Shown in pieces: positions 17,030 to 24,191 of a stretch of DNA of 30,214 nt (positions are counted from its first letter, which is position 1; each line of letters starts with the position of its first letter). Position numbers and translations under genes: made by a program. The notes under the pieces were generated by a model. It saw only the letters and a list, made by a program, of their open reading frames with translations. It had not been told where the DNA came from and made no database searches. The DNA comes from Candidatus Hydrogenedentota bacterium (lineage in GTDB: Bacteria; Hydrogenedentota; Hydrogenedentia; Hydrogenedentales; SLHB01): the NCBI GenBank assembly GCA_029974275.1, contig JARKSN010000094.1, positions 1-30,214 of the forward strand, given 5' to 3'.

Positions 17030-17827
17030 GTGGACCCAATCACACTGGTCAGCATACTCTTCGGCATCGTGGCGGTGCTGTTGGGCGCAGTTCTCGAAGG
17101 CACCAGCCTTCTCTCGCTTATAAGCCCGTCGGCGTTCATGATTATCGCGGGAGGCACAACCGGCGCGACGCTCGCCTGCTTTTCCATCGAGGAAATCCTC
17201 AAACTCCCCAAGAGCACCATGATGGCCTTCCAGAAGTCGAAGGTCTCGGTCGAAGAGATCATCGACGTTTTCGTGGAACTGGCGACGGCCGCCCGGCGCG
17301 AAGGGTTGCTGGTCCTCGAAAACACGCCCATCAAAGTGGACAACCCCATTTTGAAACGCGGCATTCGCCTGATCGTGGACGCCACGGACCCGGCGCTCGT
17401 GAAGGACATGTTGGCGACGGAGGCAGCCATCACTGAGGAAGAAGCGAAAACGCAGGCGGGTATCTATCAGGCAGCGGGCGGCTTCTCTCCGACCATGGGC
17501 ATTATCGGCACGGTGATGGGCCTGATCGCCGTGTTGAGCCATCTGGCCGACACCGACAAGCTGGGCCACTCGATCGCCATGGCTTTCATCGCCACGCTCT
17601 ACGGAATCGCCTTCGCCAACCTCGTGTTCTTGCCCATGGCCAAGAAAATGACCTTCGTGGCCAAGCGGCAAACAAAATTCTCCGAAATCATCATCGAAGG
17701 CATTCTTTCGATCCAATCCGGCGACAACCCGCGGATTATTCATGAAAAACTGCTTTCCTTTGTGGACGGACCCTCGGCCGAACGCCTGCGCGCCAAGCAA
17801 GCAGCAGGCAAATCCGGCGGCAAATAA
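17030..17827 (+). CDS. motA: Flagellar motor stator protein MotA
   Basis: Start reassigned to GTG 17030 (MDPITLV). RREGLLVLE, GGFSPTMGIIGTVMGLI, AFIATLYGI..AN, EGILSIQSGDNP. Confidence 0.93.
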   Translation: MDPITLVSILFGIVAVLLGAVLEGTSLLSLISPSAFMIIAGGTTGATLACFSIEEILKLPKSTMMAFQKSKVSVEEIIDVFVELATAARREGLLVLENTPIKVDNPILKRGIRLIVDATDPALVKDMLATEAAITEEEAKTQAGIYQAAGGFSPTMGIIGTVMGLIAVLSHLADTDKLGHSIAMAFIATLYGIAFANLVFLPMAKKMTFVAKRQTKFSEIIIEGILSIQSGDNPRIIHEKLLSFVDGPSAERLRAKQAAGKSGGK

Positions 17828-17848
17828 GCGGCGGCGCAGGAGAAACGC

Positions 17849-18646
17849 ATGGAGCGCAAACGACGCCGCGAGGAAGAACACGAGAACGAGGAGCGGTGGC
17901 TCCTTACCTACGCCGACCTGATCACCCTGCTGATGGTGTTCTTCATCGTCATGTACGCCATGTCCAAGGTCGACGCATCCAAGATGCAGCAGCTCATCTT
18001 CACCATGCGGACCGCATTCAAGAACCTGCCGACCAGCCCCGTCGCGGGCAGCGGCATGGGCATCCAAACCGGCAACAGCGTCGCCGTCATGCAGCGGACC
18101 CAGCGGTCTTCTTCCCCCCCGTTGCCCCTGGAGGCCGCGCAGGCTTCGCAGAGCGCCAAAAAAAAGGCGGAGTCCCTCCACTCGCGCGGCATGACGAGCA
18201 TCAAGGAAAAGATCGAAGGACTCGTGCAAGAGAAAGGCCTGGGGCAGAACGTGGCCGTGACCGTGGGGGCGGGCGGAAACAGCCTCGTGGTCCGCTTGGC
18301 CGATTCGCTGCTTTTCGAATCGGGCAACGCATCCCTCTCGCCGCAGGCCGCTCCTCTCCTGGACAGCGTGGGCATGATATTGGCCCAAACCGGAAAATAC
18401 GTCCGCGTGGAAGGGCACACCGACGATGTGCCGGTCCGCAGCGGACGCTACGAAACGAATTGGCAGCTGTCGACCGAGCGAGCCACCAACGTGGTCATGT
18501 ACCTGATTGCGCATTACCAGATACTCCCCGAACTGCTGTCGGCCAGCGGGTATGGCGAATACCGTCCGCTTGTGCGCAACGAATCTCCCGAGACGCGCGC
18601 CCGCAACCGACGCGTCGAATTCGTAATCCTGGACCAGGCCGATTGA
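17849..18646 (+). CDS. motB: Flagellar motor stator protein MotB
   Basis: AGGAG RBS; WLLTYADLITLLMVFFIVMY TM with the essential Asp; OmpA-like peptidoglycan-binding domain EGHTD, NWQLSTERA, RARNRRVE. Confidence 0.93.
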   Translation: MERKRRREEEHENEERWLLTYADLITLLMVFFIVMYAMSKVDASKMQQLIFTMRTAFKNLPTSPVAGSGMGIQTGNSVAVMQRTQRSSSPPLPLEAAQASQSAKKKAESLHSRGMTSIKEKIEGLVQEKGLGQNVAVTVGAGGNSLVVRLADSLLFESGNASLSPQAAPLLDSVGMILAQTGKYVRVEGHTDDVPVRSGRYETNWQLSTERATNVVMYLIAHYQILPELLSASGYGEYRPLVRNESPETRARNRRVEFVILDQAD

Positions 18647-18680
18647 CGTTCCCCGCGCCCCTCAAGGAGGATTTTCGCTC

Positions 18681-19262
18681 ATGTCCCTTCCCGTGACTTT
18701 TACGGAAACCGAATTGCCCGGCGTTTTCGAGGTGTCTGCGGGCTTCGTGGCGGACGAACGCGGGTTTCTCATGGAAAACTATGTCGAGGCCGCCTGGCGA
18801 AGCGCCGGATTCGACATCGCGTTCGTCCAGGACAACGTCAGCTTGTCGGCAAAGGGCACGCTGCGGGGCATGCATTATCAGTTGGAGCCGCACGGCATGG
18901 GCAAGCTGGTTCGCGTTCTCCGCGGCCGCGCGTTCGACGTCGCCGTCGACCTGCGCCGCGGGTCGCCGACTTTCGGCCAATGGGTCGGCCGCATGCTCGA
19001 CGCGGGCAACAAAAACGCCCTGTGGATACCCGTCGGATTCGCTCACGGTTTCCTTGCGATGGAAGACGATACGATGTTGTATTATAAATGCAGCAACGTA
19101 TACGTTCCGCAGGCCGACCGCGCCCTGCTCTATTCCGACCCTGCTATCGCCATCGTCTGGCCTGCCCCGCCCGAGCGGGTCTCGCCCAAGGATCGCCAAG
19201 CGCCGCCCCTGGAACGCGCAGACATCAACTTCATCCACCACCCCGTCTCCCGAGATCAGTGA
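18681..19262 (+). CDS. rfbC: dTDP-4-dehydrorhamnose 3,5-epimerase
   Basis: DERGFLME, FVQDNVSLS..GTLRGMHYQ, KLVRV..G..FDVAVDLRRGSPTFG, GFAHGF, YKC. Confidence 0.93.
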   Translation: MSLPVTFTETELPGVFEVSAGFVADERGFLMENYVEAAWRSAGFDIAFVQDNVSLSAKGTLRGMHYQLEPHGMGKLVRVLRGRAFDVAVDLRRGSPTFGQWVGRMLDAGNKNALWIPVGFAHGFLAMEDDTMLYYKCSNVYVPQADRALLYSDPAIAIVWPAPPERVSPKDRQAPPLERADINFIHHPVSRDQ

Positions 19263-19313
19263 ACGCATGCCGCCGCGCTGGGCGCGAGGCGTGGCGCAAC
19301 AGAGGATGCAACC

Positions 19314-20366
19314 ATGAATTCCATGACACGCTATCTGCAAACGCATGACCATTTGGCGAAACGCTTCGAACAAGTCGAGCGCAAACTGCGGTTCAACGCC
19401 ACGACTCCCGACGAACTGCGTCAGTGGCGCCGCCGAACCGCGCGAAAACTCAAGGCGCTGATCGGGTACGACACCATGACGCGCACCGCGCCCAAACCCC
19501 GCATCACCGAAGAAAAGGATTGCGGCGATTACCTGCGGCAACGCATCGAACTCTTCACGGAGCCGGATGTCTTGCTGTGCGCCTATGTGCTTATCCCGAA
19601 AAATGCGGCCGGCCCACGTCCGGCAATCGTCGCCCCGCATGGACACGGCAGCGGCGGGAAATTGGCGGTGGCGGGCTGCGACAATCGCCCCGAGATAGCC
19701 GAGACGATCCGCAGACACAACTACGCGTATGGCGTGCAATTCGTGCGCAAGGGATTCGTTGTGTTCTGTCCGGATGCACGAGGCTTTGGCGAACGCCGCG
19801 AGCAGGACGCGGCGGCTAACCTCCTCGGTTCGTCGTGCTTGTGGATCAGCAACATGGCGTATCCACTGGGCCAAACCGTCACCGGCATGTGGACGTGGGA
19901 CATTCATCGCCTGATCGACTATATCCAGACGCGCGACGACTGCATGCCCGACCGCATCGGTTGCGCGGGGTTGTCGGGCGGCGGGTTGCAGACGCTGTGG
20001 GCGTCCGCCTTGGACGAACGCATTCGCGGCGCCGTTGTCAGCGGCTATCTCTACGGATACAAAGAATCCTTGCTGGACATAAACTGCTGCCAGTGCAACT
20101 ACGTGCCGCACCTGTACGAGTGGGTCGACATGGGCGATATCGCCGCCCTGATCGCCCCGCGGCCTCTGTTGGTCGAAACGGGCACGCGCGATTTCCTCAA
20201 CGGGGCAAGCGGGCTCGCAAACGTGAAGTCGCAGATCAACGTCATCAAAAAAGCCTATCGCGTGCTCGGCGCGCCCAAGGCGATCGTTCACGACATCTTT
20301 GAAGGAGAGCACCAGTGGAACGGCGTCGAAGCGATCCCCTGGATGGAAAAGCATCTGAATGCGTGA
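19314..20366 (+). CDS. Alpha/beta hydrolase (dienelactone hydrolase / acetyl-esterase-like)
   Basis: PAIVAPHGHG, PDARGFGER, nucleophile motif GLSGGG, ALIAPRPLL..G.RD, C-terminal FEGEH. Confidence 0.85.
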   Translation: MNSMTRYLQTHDHLAKRFEQVERKLRFNATTPDELRQWRRRTARKLKALIGYDTMTRTAPKPRITEEKDCGDYLRQRIELFTEPDVLLCAYVLIPKNAAGPRPAIVAPHGHGSGGKLAVAGCDNRPEIAETIRRHNYAYGVQFVRKGFVVFCPDARGFGERREQDAAANLLGSSCLWISNMAYPLGQTVTGMWTWDIHRLIDYIQTRDDCMPDRIGCAGLSGGGLQTLWASALDERIRGAVVSGYLYGYKESLLDINCCQCNYVPHLYEWVDMGDIAALIAPRPLLVETGTRDFLNGASGLANVKSQINVIKKAYRVLGAPKAIVHDIFEGEHQWNGVEAIPWMEKHLNA

Positions 20367-20490
20367 TCGGGACATATTGTCCGACTTCCGAAACTAATAC
20401 AGATCGGCTGTTGCGTCCCATGGGCGTCATCGCGCATTGTGTTCGCCGCATTGCAACGCCAACTCGATAACGGGAAAAGGGAGGAAAATC

Positions 20491-22044
20491 ATGAACGCGC
20501 CCCGCGCCAGCGCATTTGCCGCCTATGGCCAGGAAAGCTCTCCGGGCTCGCTTCGTTTCTGGGGAACGCGGACGGCGGAGTTGTTCTCGCGGGAAGTGAG
20601 CGAGTCTTTTTCCGGCGTCCTGGAACGAAACTATTATTCGCGGTTCGAAGGCGACCACGCAGGATTCGTCTCCGCTTCCATCGACGATCGCCCGTGGACC
20701 GGCGCCATGTGGACGCGCGACACCGGCGTCTTCTTGCGAGAACTGGTTCAATGGGGCTATCTCGAGCATGCCTGCCTGACGACCGAATGCTTGATCCGCC
20801 TCGTGCGCGAGAACAGCGAGGGTTTTTTCACCTTTCCCGAGTATTTTCAGGTTGGGCAGCCGGGCTCCGGGGGCGAGTTGGACGGCACGAACGCAATCCT
20901 CATCGGCATGGTGTTACTGTGGCGCCGCCTCCCCTCGAACCATCCCGTGCGCGAAGCGATTCAAGCGTTTCTGTGCGGCCCCAAGTCGCCGGTCGCCTAC
21001 ATGGAACATACACTGCGGAAGGCGCCCCTCCTGCCGGGCTCCGGCGAATTCGGCGGCGGCTGCGGCATTCCCGGCCAGCATTACAACATCGTCCAAAACT
21101 ACCTCGGCGTGTACGCGCTGACAGCCGTCGCCCACGCGCACCGCGAATCCGGCGACGCGCCAAGCGCCGAACGCGTTCTGTCTCTTGCGAACGCCATCGA
21201 GCAGGGCGTCGAAAAACATCTCGTGGCGCCCGATGGCTCGTGGCATTGGTGCGTGGACATCGCCACCTTGCAACCCGATCCCGCCATCGTCGACCACCCT
21301 ATCAACAAGGGATTCGGCGGACTCAACGGCGTCGCGGCGATGTCCTCGGACGTGCTGGGTTTCCTCCCGGAGGCACAGACGGCCCGTTGGCTCCGCCCCA
21401 GCGTCCAGACCTTCGACAAATTGGCCCGAACGCCGCTGCGAAAAGAGCTGTTTGAAAAATATGGCATCTGGACGCAATTCGACGAGCCGCCGTTGTTCCG
21501 CATGATGAGCCCGTCGTATGGGCATGGCTACGCGTTGCAGACGATGCTGCTCTTCGACCGCATGGACTGGGCCGAGCGCGCCCTGAACTATCTGGCCGAG
21601 GCGACATTCCAGCCGCCGCGCGGCTACAAGCTCGACCGCGACAACCCCTACCACTTCTACGAACGCTACGTGGCGCCGGAAACGCCCTCCCTCGAAACCT
21701 TCGATCAGGGATGCGGCGCGTTGAATCTCGTCTGCGTCGTGGAGCCCATCAAAGTGGCGCGGCTTGTAGCCGGGTGCGATGACACGCGCCCCGCGTGTCT
21801 GCGCTTCGTGCCGCGCGTCCCCGCTTCGTGGCGCGGATATGAGATGAAACGCTGGCCCGTTCACACCGTCGCTGGCGTGTCGCGGATCGACGTCCTCTAC
21901 GATCGCATTCCCGGCGGCGAACGTTTCCGCGTCGAGGTGGTGGAAGGGCCGCGCATCCCGAAGATGGAGATATTTTTCGGCGGACCTTCCGAAAAGCGGC
22001 GGGCGACAATAACCGATCTGAACGCAGCGGACCTTCGTCTGTGA
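20491..22044 (+). CDS. Hypothetical (alpha/alpha)6 six-hairpin glycosidase-like protein, 517 aa
   Basis: Start reassigned to ATG 20491 (GGAGG RBS). AMWTRDTGV followed by ELDG is typical of six-hairpin glycosidases; short C-terminal beta domain; no signal peptide. Confidence 0.6.
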   Translation: MNAPRASAFAAYGQESSPGSLRFWGTRTAELFSREVSESFSGVLERNYYSRFEGDHAGFVSASIDDRPWTGAMWTRDTGVFLRELVQWGYLEHACLTTECLIRLVRENSEGFFTFPEYFQVGQPGSGGELDGTNAILIGMVLLWRRLPSNHPVREAIQAFLCGPKSPVAYMEHTLRKAPLLPGSGEFGGGCGIPGQHYNIVQNYLGVYALTAVAHAHRESGDAPSAERVLSLANAIEQGVEKHLVAPDGSWHWCVDIATLQPDPAIVDHPINKGFGGLNGVAAMSSDVLGFLPEAQTARWLRPSVQTFDKLARTPLRKELFEKYGIWTQFDEPPLFRMMSPSYGHGYALQTMLLFDRMDWAERALNYLAEATFQPPRGYKLDRDNPYHFYERYVAPETPSLETFDQGCGALNLVCVVEPIKVARLVAGCDDTRPACLRFVPRVPASWRGYEMKRWPVHTVAGVSRIDVLYDRIPGGERFRVEVVEGPRIPKMEIFFGGPSEKRRATITDLNAADLRL

Positions 22045-22066
22045 CAGATCGCCCCTCGAGACGGGA

Positions 22067-23062
22067 TCACACGATGCTGGGTTTGAAGACGGTCGTATCG
22101 GTCCCTTCGAAAACCTCCAGCAGCCGTTGGTAGGTCTCTTCGCTGTCGTACGTGCCGACGATGGCGCCGCCCGATCCGGCGAATTTCGCGTACGCCCCCG
22201 CCGAGCGCGCCCGCATGACCATCTCCACGTTGTGGGGATCGATCGTGTAGATGGAACGGCGCCGATCGAAGTTGCGGTCCAGCCAGGGCCCTATCTCGCC
22301 GCCCCGGCCCGCCAACAACAGTCGGCGCACTTCTTCGGCGTACGAAGCGAAATCTTTCATGGCCTGAACCACCTCGGGATCGCCATCCATCCATCGCTGA
22401 CGAATCGTGTTGTGAAAAACTTCCGATCCTTCCGCCAACGATGTGCGGTAGGCGATATAAAGCGGCGGCAACAGGGCGGGATCAAGTTCTTCGTAGTGCC
22501 CATACCCGCGCGACTCAAGCAGTTCCCGATCGAAATCCATGTACACGCAGCCTTCGTACACCTGGATGACCCGGTCCTGCAATCCGGCCGAAATGCCCAG
22601 TTCGTCGCGCTCCACGCCGAGAATGAAACCCGGCTGGGCCTGTCGCGGAATATCGACGTCGTAAAACTCCATCAAACAACGCAACGTCGCCGTCACCAAC
22701 GCGCTAGACCCCGCCAGACCCACCCGCCGCGGTATCGTCGACCGGTAACGGATCGAAAATCCCTCGTCGTGCAACCCGATGCCGTGGGCGTCGCAGTATT
22801 CCACGAACTTGCGGATAGTGGCCTTCATCAGACGAATGCCGCCGTAGTACCCTTGAAGGCGCACATCGTCCACCAGATCGCGAACCGTCGGATATTTCGA
22901 TCTGTCTTGGAAACTCGGCACGATCTCGACGTCCCGCGCCTCAAACAAGGTCACCTTGGCCGAAAATTCGCGTATGACGAAACTTATCGTCTTGCCAAAA
23001 TATCCGTCCGATGGATTGCCTACCAGCCCGGCCCGTGCATAGGCGGATGCTTCGATTGCCAT
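22067..23062 (-). CDS. GHMP kinase, glucuronokinase-like
   Basis: ARAGLVGNPSDGYFGKTIS, IPRRVGLAGSSA, AGLQDRVIQVYEG, KFAGSGGAIVG. Confidence 0.85.
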   Translation of the reverse strand: MAIEASAYARAGLVGNPSDGYFGKTISFVIREFSAKVTLFEARDVEIVPSFQDRSKYPTVRDLVDDVRLQGYYGGIRLMKATIRKFVEYCDAHGIGLHDEGFSIRYRSTIPRRVGLAGSSALVTATLRCLMEFYDVDIPRQAQPGFILGVERDELGISAGLQDRVIQVYEGCVYMDFDRELLESRGYGHYEELDPALLPPLYIAYRTSLAEGSEVFHNTIRQRWMDGDPEVVQAMKDFASYAEEVRRLLLAGRGGEIGPWLDRNFDRRRSIYTIDPHNVEMVMRARSAGAYAKFAGSGGAIVGTYDSEETYQRLLEVFEGTDTTVFKPSIV

Positions 23063-23115
23063 GCTTTGTCACGCTCACGTATGGTTGGAACTTTGCCCGG
23101 AACGAAAAAAGCCCG

Positions 23116-23220
23116 CTAGAGCAGTTTAACTTTTTTGTCTACGGTCAGTCTTGCTAGAGCATTTTCGCCAAGGTTTCTTGAGCGTACATGGCGTAGACAT
23201 AATTGGTGAAAATGCTCTAG
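23116..23220. repeat. CTAG-ended palindromic element (REP/MITE-like) with nested inverted repeats
   Basis: CTAGAGCATTTTCGCCAA (23154-23171) pairs with TTGGTGAAAATGCTCTAG (23203-23220), 17/18. A second left-end copy CTAGAGCAGTTT lies at 23116, and TGTCTACG (23136-23143) pairs with CGTAGACA (23192-23199). Confidence 0.7.
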
Positions 23221-23356
23221 GACGCGTATCGGCGTCGAGCATACGCGACCGCAACCATCGCGTCAAGAGACACGCCCCTCCGCTTCAAAACCGCTCGATA
23301 TCTCGCCGAGACGCAGGGCGATCGCCCCCCCACAGGCATGGAAGCCCCCCGTTCCC

Positions 23357-23770
23357 TCAAACGCCGGCGGAATTGCGCACGTGCGCCTGCTCGGATTGAT
23401 TAGCCTCCAGCAGTTTACGGATATCGTCCGCCTCTTCCGCGGACATCGTTCCCAGCGCGAGGGCCTGCCGGAACAACTCCGCCATCGATCCACTGAAAGC
23501 GCGCTGCAGCAGATCGCGGACCATCAGTTGCTGGGTGCTCTCCTCGGGATGACGCGCCGTGTAGACATGACTCCGCCGCGATTCGTCGCGCGTCACCAAA
23601 TCCTTTTCCGTCATGATCTGAAGGAACTTGAGCACCGTGGTGTACCCTGTCGCTTTCTCACGGGACAACTCTTCGTGCACTTCCCGCACCGTGCTGGCCC
23701 CCCTGCGCCACAACACCGTCAGAATGGACAATTCCGCATCTGTAGGACGCGGCGACCTGTGCCTGCCCAT
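23357..23770 (-). CDS. BlaI/MecI/CopY family transcriptional regulator
   Basis: AAGGAGG RBS; PTDAELSILTVLW...TVREVHE...GYTTVLKFLQIMTEK..V.R....HVY; C-terminal FSGS..L dimerisation region. Confidence 0.92.
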   Translation of the reverse strand: MGRHRSPRPTDAELSILTVLWRRGASTVREVHEELSREKATGYTTVLKFLQIMTEKDLVTRDESRRSHVYTARHPEESTQQLMVRDLLQRAFSGSMAELFRQALALGTMSAEEADDIRKLLEANQSEQAHVRNSAGV

Positions 23771-24022
23771 ATCCCTCCTTTAATATTGGTTGCAATCATG
23801 CCAGACTTCCGCGCCGTGATTGAGGCAACGCCCCAAAAGCGCGAGTCCGTTGCGAACCCCCATCTATCCGGCATGTTGCGTTCTGTCCGAGGCGGAGCGG
23901 CTCCTCAAGACAATTCTTGACCTCTGGTTATGTTCGTTTCCCCCAGCAACATCGCCTCCTATTTTCACCCATGGCCGGGCCGTCGCCCCCCCTTGCCGAA
24001 ACACATGAGTAAAAATAACCGA

Positions 24023-24063
24023 CGCCTTCAGCGTACGAAAAAACCAGCGAAACGCCGAAGGCG
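24023..24063 (-). terminator. Stem-loop downstream of alaS, possible intrinsic terminator
   Basis: Minus strand CGCCUUCGGCGU pairs with ACGCUGAAGGCG (12 bp, one G-U), 17-nt loop, then UCGGUUAUUUUU; about 130 nt after the alaS stop. Confidence 0.4.
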
Positions 24064-24191
24064 CATATTATGAGGCATCCCAGGATTTATTTGCAAGTTT
24101 TTCAAGATAAAACAGAGAAAATGCAAAAATAGCACGCCTAGTTCATCTAAAAATCACGATGCGCCACTATTTGCTCAAAATCGCTGCATGC

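Noticed and set aside
17030..18646. Zorya (ZorAB) anti-phage system or ExbB/TolQ-type motor
   Set aside because: MotA is normal length with the flagellar torque motif and no long ZorA tail; no ZorC/D/E or TonB/TolA genes are adjacent.
16901..20375. Long minus-strand ORFs 16901-18514 (537 aa) and 18495-20375 (626 aa)
   Set aside because: Antisense shadows of motA, motB, rmlC and the hydrolase; no recognisable motifs; expected in high-GC DNA.
23183..23198. TAC-N5-GTA as a BlaI operator
   Set aside because: Too short, downstream rather than upstream of blaI, and better explained as part of the inverted-repeat element.
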